A stretch of DNA of 63,432 nucleotides, counting the filler, from Octopus bimaculoides (lineage: Eukaryota), in NCBI RefSeq assembly GCF_001194135.2. It is 6 parts of 6 records of this genome, joined end to end, with 100 filler letters (N's around TTAATTAATTAA, not from the genome) between each part and the next. Parts side by side here need not be neighbours in the genome. Positions count along the whole stretch, not along the records: positions 24,996 to 30,993 come from NC_068990.1; positions 31,094 to 36,357 come from NC_068998.1; positions 36,458 to 40,117 come from NC_068982.1; 3 more parts are not named here. One strand, given 5' to 3'. The position numbers and the translations under genes were made by a program. The notes under the pieces are model-generated. The model worked only from the letters and a program-made list of their open reading frames with translations. It did no database searches and was not told where the DNA came from. Every line of letters begins with the position of its first letter. Positions within the stretch are counted from its first letter, which is position 1. Shown piece by piece: positions 25,107-36,612 of the stretch.

Positions 25107-26705
25107 ATCATGATGATCATCATCGTTTAACGTCTGCTTTCCATGCTAGCATGGGTTGGACGATTTGACAGGATTGGTGAACCAGGCTCCAATCTGCTTT
25201 GGCAGAGTTTCTACAGCTGGATGCCCTTCCTAACGCCAACCACTCTGAGAGTGTAGTGGGTGATTTTACGTGCCACCAGCACGAAGGCCAGTCAGGAGGT
25301 ACTGGCAACGGCTAAGCTCAAAATGGTGTATTTTACATGCCACCTGCACAGGAGCCAGTCCAGCGGGACTGGCAACGAACTCGCTCGAATGTCTTTTCAC
25401 GTGCCACTGGCACGGAAGCCAGACAACTGGTGCTCTGGCAATGATCACACTCGGATGGTGCTCTTAGTGATTTACTGGTACTGGTGCTAACACGATTTTG
25501 CTTTCACTTGCCCCAACAGGTCTTCGCAAGCCGAGTTTAGTGTTCAATGAAGAGACGTTGGCATGGGTGCCAGTCTACATATTTAGTTCGATTTCGATTT
25601 CACTTGCCTCAACAGGTCTTCGCATGCGGAGTTTAATGTCCAATGAAGGAATGTTACGTGTAAGTGAACTGGCTATATCCCAGGCAGAGGCCTTGGATTT
25701 TGGTCTCACTTGGCTTGCCGGGTCTTCTCACGCACAGCATATTTCCACAGGTCTCGGTCAGAAGTCATCGCCTCGGTGAGGCCTAATGTTCGGAGGTCGT
25801 GCTTCACCACCTCATCCCAGGTCTTTCTAGGCCTGTCTCTTCCACGGGTTCCCTCAACTGCTAGGGTGTGGCACTTTTTTACACAGTTATCCTCATCCAT
25901 TCTAACCACATGTTTATACCAGCACAATCGTCTCTCTTGCACACCACAACTGATGCTTCTTAGGTTCAACTTTTCTCTCAAGATACTTACACTCTGTCAG
26001 GTATGCACACTGACATTACTCATCCATCGGAGCATACTGGCTTCATTCCTTTCGAGCTTACGCATGTCCTCAGCAGTCACTGCCCATGTTTCACTGCAAT
26101 GTAGCATGGCTGTTCTTACAGATGCGTCATACAGTCTGCCTTTTACTCTGAGTGAGAGGCCCCTTGTCACCAGCAGAGGTAAGAGCTCTTTGACCTTTGC
26201 CCAGGCTAATCTTATTCTAGCAGCTACACTTTCAGCGCACCCACCCCCACTACTAACTTAGTCACCCAGATATCGGAAGCTATCAACTACGTCTAGTTTT
26301 TCTCCCTGGAATGTGACAGAAGTTGTTTTCAGCACATTTTCAGTGTTTATTGCACCTGAACATCTGCCACATATAAAAACTAATTTCCTAGTTAACTGCC
26401 TTTTTGATATTGCTGCACCTCTTATGTGTCCATGTCTTACACTGGGTACATCTTATAGAGTTTCTACCTACACCTTTTCTACAGATTGAGCAGGGCCATC
26501 TACCTGAAGGGGGCTTGTGTTTTGTTTACCCTCCTACTTATTAGGACTTTGGTTTTAGCTAGGTTGACTCTAAGGCCCTATGATTCTAGTCCCTGCTTCC
26601 ACACCTGAAACTTTTTCTCCAGTTCTGATAGTGACTCAGCAACTAGTGCAAGGTCATCAGCATAGAGGAGCTCCCAGGGGCATCCTGTCTTGAATTCCTC
26701 TGTTA
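25107..26705 (-). mobile_element. RTE-clade LINE 3' portion (RT with inserted PHD finger, C-terminus, about 600-bp 3' UTR, (GAT)n tail); 5' end runs into a gap
   Basis: Minus-strand translation PWELLYADDL (YADD 26664-26653), GLRVNLAKTKVL, VVDSFRYLGD, RIRLAWAK, LHCSETW, EGTRGRDRPRKTW..DL..DRDLWK; two stops and about two frameshifts. Confidence 0.92.
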
Positions 26706-27530
26706 NNNNNNNNNNNNNNNNNNNNNNNNNNNNNNNNNNNNNNNNNNNNNNNNNNNNNNNNNNNNNNNNNNNNNNNNNNNNNNNNNNNNNNNNNNNNNNN
26801 NNNNNNNNNNNNNNNNNNNNNNNNNNNNNNNNNNNNNNNNNNNNNNNNNNNNNNNNNNNNNNNNNNNNNNNNNNNNNNNNNNNNNNNNNNNNNNNNNNNN
26901 NNNNNNNNNNNNNNNNNNNNNNNNNNNNNNNNNNNNNNNNNNNNNNNNNNNNNNNNNNNNNNNNNNNNNNNNNNNNNNNNNNNNNNNNNNNNNNNNNNNN
27001 NNNNNNNNNNNNNNNNNNNNNNNNNNNNNNNNNNNNNNNNNNNNNNNNNNNNNNNNNNNNNNNNNNNNNNNNNNNNNNNNNNNNNNNNNNNNNNNNNNNN
27101 NNNNNNNNNNNNNNNNNNNNNNNNNNNNNNNNNNNNNNNNNNNNNNNNNNNNNNNNNNNNNNNNNNNNNNNNNNNNNNNNNNNNNNNNNNNNNNNNNNNN
27201 NNNNNNNNNNNNNNNNNNNNNNNNNNNNNNNNNNNNNNNNNNNNNNNNNNNNNNNNNNNNNNNNNNNNNNNNNNNNNNNNNNNNNNNNNNNNNNNNNNNN
27301 NNNNNNNNNNNNNNNNNNNNNNNNNNNNNNNNNNNNNNNNNNNNNNNNNNNNNNNNNNNNNNNNNNNNNNNNNNNNNNNNNNNNNNNNNNNNNNNNNNNN
27401 NNNTATATATATATATATATATATATGGAAATGGATGCATGGCATTCAATTTAATAATAATAATAATATAAATAATGTAAACAACTGTAAACAACATGAC
27501 ATTTGAAACAAGGAAGTCAAATACACAAGG

Positions 27531-27701
27531 GAGAGAAAAAATTTTTTAATCAGGGCAAGTAGCACAAAGAACAACTCTTCATCAATAGTCAGCTGCCTAT
27601 CTATCCCTCATTTCATTGAGTGCTTGAAATGAGGAGTAGATAGACAGTCGACAACAGATGAAGTATCGTTCTTTGTGTCCTGTTCTCAATTTTTTTCTCT
27701 C
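27531..27701. repeat. Hairpin of about 85-bp imperfect inverted arms with 9-nt loop (Penelope-terminus-like sequence)
   Basis: CACAAAGAAC..CTTCATC..CTATCTATCCCTCATTTCA pairs with TGAAATGAGGAGTAGATAG..GATGAAG..GTTCTTTGTG; related single-arm sequence at 46130-46400. Confidence 0.8.
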
Positions 27702-27826
27702 GTTTACATATATATGTATAAATGTATATATATAAATGTATATATATATATATGTGTATGTATATATATATGTACATATTTAAATACATATGTATATATA
27801 TATGTATATATATGTATGTATATATG

Positions 27827-27857
<31 letters not shown>

Positions 27858-28206
27858 GTATATGTTTTTAAGTATATGTATATATACACATGTATATACT
27901 CGAGCAAGGCTTAGAGCTGCCCTCTCTAGCCAATGGTTATCCTGTGCCAATGAAGGGAAATAACCCAGAAAGCATTAGTCTGCAGGTACCGTTTAAAGCC
28001 GAGTCAGAACATTACCTTCCTAGTTTGAGATATAAGGATGCAGTTGTGTGTTGAGAGCCAGCTAGAAAAGTGTTTTCTTGAGGCTAAAAAACGTACTAAC
28101 AATGTCCTAATCAGGACTGTCACTTTACGTTGGCAAATAGACATTATTCTGTAGTACTGTTACTACTTGCTTCTCGCTCAGAGATTTAAAACTAATTGTT
28201 TTTCTC

Positions 28207-28262
28207 CCTGTATCATCATCATCATCATTATCGTTGTTTAATATCTGCTTTCGATGCTGGCA
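28207..28262 (-). mobile_element. Extreme 3' tail of an RTE-type repeat
   Basis: (CAT)n followed by GTTTAATATCTGCTTTCGATGCTGGCATG, similar to 25107-25160. Confidence 0.6.
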
Positions 28263-28299
28263 TGTGTTGAACGTATATATATATATATATATATTTATA

Positions 28300-28601
28300 T
28301 ATTCTTGTGCGGGTGGCACATAAGATGTACCAACCTGAGCGTGACCGTTGCCAGTACCGCCTGACTGGCCTTGTAGGGTTTTCGAGCGAGATCGTTGCCA
28401 GTGCCCCTGGACTGGCTCTTGTGCGGGTGGCACATAAAAGACACCATTTCGACCGTGGCCGTTTTCGTGCGGGTGACACGTAAAAGCACCCACTACACTC
28501 TCTGAGTGGTTGGCGTTAGGAAGGGCATCCAGCTGTAGAAACTCTGCCAAATTAGATTGGAGCCTGGTGTAGCCATCCGGTTGCACCAGTCCTCAGTCAA
28601 A
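28300..28601 (+). mobile_element. Copy of RTE 3' UTR without ORF (cut by gap)
   Basis: Shares GAGTGGTTGGCGTTAGGAAGGGCATCCAGCTGTAGAAACTCTGCCAAA and the hairpin units with the 25.1-25.5 kb UTR. Confidence 0.85.
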
Positions 28602-28828
28602 NNNNNNNNNNNNNNNNNNNNNNNNNNNNNNNNNNNNNNNNNNNNNNNNNNNNNNNNNNNNNNNNNNNNNNNNNNNNNNNNNNNNNNNNNNNNNNNNNNN
28701 NNNNNNNNNNNNNNNNNNNNNNNNNNNNNNNNNNNNNNNNNNNNNNNNNNNNNNNNNNNNNNNNNNNNNNNNNNNNNNNNNNNNNNNNNNNNNNNNNNNN
28801 NNNNNNNNNNNNNNNNNNNNNNNNNNNN

Positions 28829-28874
<46 letters not shown>

Positions 28875-28880
<6 letters not shown>

Positions 28881-29015
28881 TCATGTGTTTTGTTTGTCCC
28901 CCTTAATGCTTACTGTTGGTTTGTTTACATTCCCTTAACTTAATGGTTCAGTAAAAGAGACCAGTGGAATAAGTACCAGAATTGAAATAAATACTGGAGT
29001 TGATTTGTTTGATGA
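28875..29015 (+). mobile_element. 3' half of CORE-like SINE
   Basis: TTTGTCCCC..GGTTTGTTTACATTCCC..GGTTCAGTAAAAGAGACC..AATAAGTACCAG. Confidence 0.6.
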
Positions 29016-29042
29016 TAAATCTAACAGTACAATGGCCCATTA

Positions 29043-29085
<43 letters not shown>

Positions 29086-29244
29086 ATAGTAGAATCATTA
29101 GACTGTCAAAGTATCTCAGACTACTCTAAGTTTTAAGTTCATATCTTGCTACGGTTAATTTTGCTTTTCATTCTCTAGCAAGTTCTGGTCTTTTAATCAA
29201 TGTCACCCACTTCCTTCTTCTGATCTTGTGGAAATTATAAGGAT

Positions 29245-29445
29245 GATGGATTGGCAGAAAAGTTTGAGTCAGAAAATTCTCTTGTAGTATTTCTTCCAGC
29301 TTTTGATTCTGTGAGTTCGATTCCAGCCACTGTCAACTTTCTTCCTTTTAGGGTACTAGTTGAACACTAAGGTTGATGTAATTCACTTGCTCCTCACCCC
29401 AAAATTGCTGGCCTTGTGTCAAAATTGAAAACTATTATTATTATG
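29245..29445 (+). mobile_element. Degenerate Nin/Deu-like SINE with (ATT)n tail
   Basis: TTGGCAGAA head, GAGTTCGATTCC B box, GTCAACTTT..GATGTAATT..CAAAATTGCTGGCCTTGTG..(ATT)n. Confidence 0.6.
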
Positions 29446-30445
29446 TTTTTTGTTTTTGTTTGCTGGTGCGTGCTAATATAGTTAGCAGGTATTTTATCTT
29501 GAGATTTGTTGACAAGTCTCTTCAAATCTCAAGAATCTTTCTTAGGATTCTTGCAGCAAGTTTCAATTCCAGTTTCTTTCAGTCTTCTAGGAAGCAGTTT
29601 GATTGTTATGTCAAGTGCACTAATTACTACTGCAGTAAATGTTGTCTTGGTTTTCTACAGTCTCCTCAGTTCTCTGGCTAGATCTGGATATTTCTCAGTT
29701 TTTTCTATTTCTTTGCTATCAACTCTGCTATCATAGGAAATTACAAAATCTATGAATTTACATTGTTTATTTTGTCTTCTATGATCATATCTGGCCTTCT
29801 GCCTTCAATAGTATGGTTATTTTTTTATGAAGAAACCTGCAAGATCTTGTAATTCTCATTTTCTGTCAGATCTGCTGGTTTGTGTTCATTATTGCTTTTA
29901 GTGTGGAGTGCATTGTGAGCAGCTCTTTAGTTCTTAGTTCTGTAGCTCAACCTTTGTTTCAGAAAGGGAGCAGAGTATTTCTGTATGAGTATAGCCCGTG
30001 TATTTATGGTTTTAATGGTGCTCCCACCATTTAATTTTGTTTTGAGTGCCTTCCTAGTTCTCTTTTTGTACTTTCTCTCTCAATTCTTCTTCCATTTTTC
30101 CTATTGTTTTGCAGCACTCTTAGATATATGTACCACTCATTATTCCACAGCAATCAAATGATGTTGTCTTGTGGTAATGTTATGCCATCATAGTTTACCT
30201 TCTGTTCTCTCTTCATAATTAGCACTGTGCATTTATTTACCTCAAACTGTATTCCAGTATCTTTACTCAGTGTTTGGATCGAAAAGTCTATGACAAAGAA
30301 TAACGGAGAGAGCAAGTCTCCTTGGAAAATGCCCCTGTGTATTTTCATGTTGCCTAACAATTCATTTGCACATGTCAGTTCTACTTGCTTGATATTTCAT
30401 ATATGCATAACAATTAAACTGTTGGAAAAGAAGAATTCTTAACAT
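29446..30445 (-). pseudogene. Internally deleted R4/Dong-type LINE, copy C
   Basis: Minus strand HRGIFQGDLLSPLFFVI is joined directly to FSIQTLSKDTGIQFEVNKC (YxDD block missing); later KLNGGSTIKTINT, then EGRRPDMIIEDK and DSRVDSKEIEKTEKYPDLAREL RLE motifs. Confidence 0.8.
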
Positions 30446-30569
30446 CAGGCTACAACAGGTAATGTTAGATGCCAAGAATTTTCCTGTCTCCTAGCTGTCC
30501 CTAATTAAATTTTTTTCTGGAGTTCTTGCTATTATTATTATGAGTTTTATTATTATCATAATATGTTCT

Positions 30570-30815
30570 GTGTTCAAATATCGCTGAGGTTGACTTTGTC
30601 TTTCATCCTTTCTGGCTTGATAAATTAAGTACCAGTCAAGTATTCTCCCCTAAATTTCAGGCCTAGTGCCCAAGGTAGAAAGGATTCTTGTTGTTATTGT
30701 TGCTTTTGCTGCTGCTGCTGCTGTTGTTGTTGTTAAAAAGGCAGCAAGCTGGCAGAACTGTTTGCAGGACATGCCTTTCGGGGTCGATAAAATAAGTACC
30801 ATTGAGCACTGAAGT
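30570..30815 (+). mobile_element. Two truncated Nin/Deu-like SINE pieces around a (GTT/GCT)n tract
   Basis: GAGGTTGACTTTGTCTTTCATCCTTT..GATAAATTAAGTACCAG and GCCTTTCGGGGTCGATAAAATAAGTACC. Confidence 0.7.
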
Positions 30816-30820
30816 TGGTA

Positions 30821-30993
30821 TAGGAGTGGCTGTGTGGTAAGTAGCTTGCTTACCAACCACATGGTTTCGGGTTCAGTCCCACTGTGTGGCACCTTGGGCA
30901 AGTGTCTTCTACTATAGCCTTGGGCCGACCATAGCCTTGTGAGTGGATTTGGTAGATGGAAACTGAAAGAAGCCCATCATATATATGTGTGTA
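30821..30993 (+). mobile_element. CORE-like SINE 5' half, broken by a gap at its internal microsatellite
   Basis: GGAGTGGCTGTGTGGTAAGTAGCTTGCTTACCAACCAC..GGTTCAGTCCCACTG..GGCACCTTGGGCAAGTGTCTT. Confidence 0.9.
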
Positions 30994-32071
30994 NNNNNNN
31001 NNNNNNNNNNNNNNNNNNNNNNNNNNNNNNNNNNNNNTTAATTAATTAANNNNNNNNNNNNNNNNNNNNNNNNNNNNNNNNNNNNNNNNNNNNAGAGGGA
31101 GAAACAAGGGGAGAGGTTAAATGTAGAGGAAGAAAAAGAATAAGATATATATAGTTAAATAGATATATTTATACACTCATGCGTACATTTTGAGTGAGTG
31201 AGAGAGAGAGAGAGAGAGAGAGACGGAGTGAAAGCGAGAGGTAGAAAGAAAGAAAGAAAGAAAGCAAGAAAGAAAATCAGAAAGAAGAGAGAGAGAAGGG
31301 GAGGAGCAGATACTGCAAATGGTGGAAGGGTTACGAAGATTCTTTCAACAAACGAAATACACACACGAGCAGCCATTATTAATCGGATGCCGTAGTAACA
31401 ATTCAACTCGTTGATCTGTGAAAAATAGAAACGAAATGATATAAACCATTAAAAACAATATATATATATATATATGTGTGTGTAATGAAAAATATATAAA
31501 ATAAAAAACTATAAAAATATAAAAAAATAAAATTACGAAAAAAGAAAAAACTTTTGGCGCAGCTATTAAACATATTGTAACAATATGTTAGTCTATGTAA
31601 GGGGTCATTTCCTGTGCCAGGGTTCAAATGTCACCGGTGCATATTCATTAATATTGCTACAAACTGACAAAATACACTCTCTTCTCTGCCTTCAGCCATT
31701 CTATAAAGTTTTCATTTAAATAGTTTTATAGATTTCGCCGTCACTCACACTCACCCCACCCCCACTTTCTCTGTAACACTTTCTTTCTATCTCTGTCTCT
31801 ATATATCTCTCTCTCTTTATCTCTATCTCTCTCATACACACACACACACACACACACACTCTCTCAATGTAAAATTCTTGCAAAATGTTACATCACTATT
31901 AATCTTCCAAAATATTTTCTATTAATGCATTTTCTATCTATATATCCATCCATCCATCCAGCTTTCTTTCTGTCTGTCTATCTATCTATCCATATATCTA
32001 TCTATCCATCCATCTATCTATCTGAGCCCTGTGTGGCTAATAAAAGAAATGCATCTATCTATCTATCTATA

Positions 32072-32145
<74 letters not shown>

Positions 32146-32327
32146 AAGAGAAATGGAGATAGAGAGAGAGTTGTCGATGAATAGTTAGCTAGAATATACT
32201 ATTTAAGAACCTCTGTGAGTTTGCGGGTGTAAGTGTGTGTTGTGTCTGTATACCAACATGTTCGTCTTTAAGTAATCCAGAGCTGATTCCATGCCTCACA
32301 AGAGGAAGAAAGAGAGAGAGAGGGAGA

Positions 32328-32393
<66 letters not shown>

Positions 32394-34336
32394 CTGAAAG
32401 AGAATCTTTGCGTAGAAAGAACATCTTTATTCTCTAGATTGTTCTACCGAAATTTCAACCTTGAAAATAAGCGGTCACAATAGCTGTTCATGNNNNNNNN
32501 NNNNNNNNNNNNNNNNNNNNNNNNNNNNNNNNNNNNNNNNNNNNNNNNNNNNNNNNNNNNNNNNNNNNNNNNNNNNNNNNNNNNNNNNNNNNNNNNNNNN
32601 NNNNNNNNNNNNNNNNNNNNNNNNNNNNNNNNNNNNNNNNNNNNNNNNNNNNNNNNNNNNNNNNNNNNNNNNNNNNNNNNNNNNNNNNNNNNNNNNNNNN
32701 NNNNNNNNNNNNNNNNNNNNNNNNNNNNNNNNNNNNNNNNNNNNNNNNNNNNNNNNNNNNNNNNNNNNNNNNNNNNNNNNNNNNNNNNNNNNNNNNNNNN
32801 NNNNNNNNNNNNNNNNNNNNNNNNNNNNNNNNNNNNNNNNNNNNNNNNNNNNNNNNNNNNNNNNNNNNNNNNNNNNNNNNNNNNNNNNNNNNNNNNNNNN
32901 NNNNNNNNNNNNNNNNNNNNNNNNNNNNNNNNNNNNNNNNNNNNNNNNNNNNNNNNNNNNNNNNNNNNNNNNNNNNNNNNNNNNNNNNNNNNNNNNNNNN
33001 NNNNNNNNNNNNNNNNNNNNNNNNNNNNNNNNNNNNNNNNNNNNNNNNNNNNNNNNNNNNNNNNNNNNNNNNNNNNNNNNNNNNNNNNNNNNNNNNNNNN
33101 NNNNNNNNNNNNNNNNNNNNNNNNNNNNNNNNNNNNNNNNNNNNNNNNNNNNNNNNNNNNNNNNNNNNNNNNNNNNNNNNNNNNNNNNNNNNNNNNNNNN
33201 NNNNNNNNNNNNNNNNNNNNNNNNNNNNNNNNNNNNNNNNNNNNNNNNNNNNNNNNNNNNNNNNNNNNNNNNNNNNNNNNNNNNNNNNNNNNNNNNNNNN
33301 NNNNNNNNNNNNNNNNNNNNNNNNNNNNNNNNNNNNNNNNNNNNNNNNNNNNNNNNNNNNNNNNNNNNNNNNNNNNNNNNNNNNNNNNNNNNNNNNNNNN
33401 NNNNNNNNNNNNNNNNNNNNNNNNNNNNNNTATATATATATATATATATATATATGTATACATATATGTGAGTGTTTATATATGTATATATTGATATATA
33501 TGCCTATATACTTATATATTTGTATGTATATATGCATATATACATACATGCATATATATATATGTATATATATATATATACACATATACACATATACACA
33601 CATATATAGAAGCAGACTTGTGTACCTACGACCTTTTGGGCATCTATCTTCTCTCACACATCACCATCATCACCGACCATCATTATCCAGCGCAACTAAC
33701 AGCCACAGCAACCACAACAACAACAACAACAACAGTCCTAGCACAACTCTTGCTACTGCTATCCCCCATCCTCCCCTCTCACACGTACCTCTTTTCTTTA
33801 ACAGGTCTTTTACTTTTTCTCCGTCTCTCTCCCTCTCACTCACTCCTCTCTCTTCTCCGCTCTTTTCCTTTTACCGCTATTCATCCAACATTAGGGCCAA
33901 CCCCTGAAATACTTTCAAACGCTCAAGTCAGTACATGTCTTTGGCACATCATTAGCGAAGTAATATAATGAAATCTTCAAAACGAACGAGTTGACGTAAC
34001 GTTTCGGAGACCGCTGTCTGTAGACTTTAGTGCAGACTACTTCGGCTCCAAAAGACACTATAACCACGTTTAGTTACTTTTTCATTTTGTTCATATTCAT
34101 CTTGTATCTTCCAAATTTCGGTGCATGTCATCTTAAACGTAACAGAGTTTGTATCCTGCGCAAATTTTATTTACGTCCTCAAACTTAAAAGAAAAATTCG
34201 ATGAAAATCTTCGCAATACCTCGAGTTGTCTCACTACTGGTGCTGCTGGTGCTGCTGTTGATGTTGTTGCCATTGCTATGGCAACATTCTTGCTGTTCTT
34301 TAATTTCAGTTCTTCCTTCTCCGCCTCCGCCTAGGC

Positions 34337-34512
34337 CAGTGGTTCTTAACTGGTGTTCTTATGATCCTTGGCGGTACCATATAAGATTTTTCTTTTAATT
34401 AAAATTTATGTGCATTAATTTACTTATACATCTTCAATAAAACAAATACCTTAAGAATTCTTAATGCAATTCCCAAATAATACAGAAGTACCTCGGTTTA
34501 CGAACACCACTG
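34337..34512. mobile_element. hAT (Charlie-like) MITE
   Basis: Starts CAGTGGTTCTTAAC and ends GTTTACGAACACCACTG (imperfect TIRs); left flank GCCTAGGC resembles the CTAG target; no matching 8-bp TSD. Confidence 0.5.
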
Positions 34513-34879
34513 ATCACGAATAAATCGTGCTTTANNNNNNNNNNNNNNNNNNNNNNNNNNNNNNNNNNNNNNNNNNNNNNNNNNNNNNNNNNNNNNNNNN
34601 NNNNNNNNNNNNNNNNNNNNNNNNNNNNNNNNNNNNNNNNNNNNNNNNNNNNNNNNNNNNNNNNNNNNNNNNNNNNNNNNNNNNNNNNNNNNNNNNNNNN
34701 NNNNNNNNNNNNNNNNNNNNNNNNNNNNNNNNNNNNNNNNNNNNNNNNNNNNNNNNNNNNNNNNNNNNNNNNNNNNNNNNNNNNNNNNNNNNNNNNNNNN
34801 NNNNNNNNNNNNNNNNNNAAGACCATCTGCAATAAATATGTGAATCTGAGAGGAGAATATGTTGAATAAAATCATAATT

Positions 34880-34922
34880 AACTGATCCAGATAGAGAGAC
34901 AGACAGCCAGACGGACAGACAT

Positions 34923-34955
<33 letters not shown>

Positions 34956-35046
34956 TAGATAGATAGATACATAGATAGATAGACAGACAGACAAATAGAC
35001 AGGTAGACAGACAAAATGAAAGAAAGAAAGAAAGATAGATAGATAA

Positions 35047-35091
<45 letters not shown>

Positions 35092-35140
35092 AAGACACAG
35101 AGAGAGGGAGGGAGAGGGTGAGAGATATAGAGACAGGCAA
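34880..35140. repeat. Compound (ACAG)n/(ATAG)n/(AG)n microsatellite
   Basis: Directly visible. Confidence 0.95.
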
Positions 35141-35631
35141 CTAGATAGATATCGATACTGTCATAGATAGAGTTGTCCATAGAGTTATAGCTTTCGATAT
35201 ATAGAAGCATTCCACGAGATTTCCTGTATTCTTAGTGGTACCACTAAAATGTTAACGAGATGGTCATTTAGATCACATAAACAATGAAGCATAATTGGTT
35301 TTATTTGTAATTAATGACCAATTTATGATGTTGATTAGCCATAATGGTCTTCAGAGGTGATCATCTAATCATAAGCCGTAATTGACATCGTTGATTCTTC
35401 TTCGTAGTAATACTGTAGATGTTAGTGCCAAGTCTGGATATAAAAGCAATGACTCAGCTGGAGGCTGCCATTTCTCAACTGAAAATCATCGCAAATTTAT
35501 GAATATTTGGTGGTCAAATCTTCATAAAACTTTTTTTTTTATTTCATATGTATTTAAAAGAAAATAAAGGACTGTATGTATTTATACTATGAAGTCTACA
35601 AAAATCATAAAAGAAAACGCCAAAATTGACA

Positions 35632-35820
35632 AGAATTCGTGGCATTCCGTCGGTTACGACGACGAGGGTTCTAGTTGATCCGATCAACGGAACAGCCTCC
35701 TCGAAGAATTAACGTGCAAGTGGCTGAGCACTCCACAAACACGTGTACCCCCAATGCAGTTCTTGAGAAGATACAGCTGGCCCTTTGAAATACGGCTACA
35801 ACAGAAACAAGAAGAAAAGG
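35632..35820 (-). mobile_element. 3' part of the SINE family seen at 55068
   Basis: Reverse complement of GGAGTGCTCAGCCACTTGCACGTTAATT..GGCTGTTCCGTTGATCGGATCAAC..GACGGA. Confidence 0.85.
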
Positions 35821-36173
35821 TGAGAAAAGGTTGTGGTGAAAGAATACTTATTGTTTGGCAAGTAACAATGAATTTCAACAAAACAGGATATGATTAGGAA
35901 ATCAACAGGTCGAAACAGGACAATCATAGAACTGGTCAGCACGATAACACGACAACGGTAGATTAAAGCGTAAATTAAGTACCAACGATATTCCGATTAT
36001 GATAATGAAGCAGATCCATGATATTGTAACGTATATACACAGGAATGTACTACTTCCAAAGTATATAAATCTATTCCGATATATCGAAAGAATAACAGCT
36101 CACACGATGAAACTTGAGTGATAGAATTAGTTTCAACTTACGTACACATACATGAACACACTCACACACAGAA

Positions 36174-36208
<35 letters not shown>

Positions 36209-36457
36209 AACATTTCACTAAACCCTGGTATTTCTACCTTTATAAGTAGGCTGTAACATCCTTGGCACTTACGTGAATTTTTGCTACCCTGGTAACTATT
36301 TATTTATTTTTTCGGTGTTATCTGTAGACACTGAAAAATACACATACACTTATATATNNNNNNNNNNNNNNNNNNNNNNNNNNNNNNNNNNNNNNNNNNN
36401 NTTAATTAATTAANNNNNNNNNNNNNNNNNNNNNNNNNNNNNNNNNNNNNNNNNNNN

Positions 36458-36505
<48 letters not shown>

Positions 36506-36581
36506 TCATATATATACATATGTATATATATGTAGTTATATATACATATATACATATACATACATATATATACACATATAT

Positions 36582-36612
<31 letters not shown>

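Noticed and set aside
25255-25500. CRISPR-like reading of the palindromic 65-bp units
   Set aside because: Units are degenerate whole-length repeats without unique spacers, lie in a LINE UTR in eukaryotic DNA, and no cas genes are present.
27625-27665. Permuted hammerhead (GAAA..GTA..CAGATGA; also minus strand 46225-46265)
   Set aside because: Stems I and III cannot be formed and the core box is mutated in one copy.
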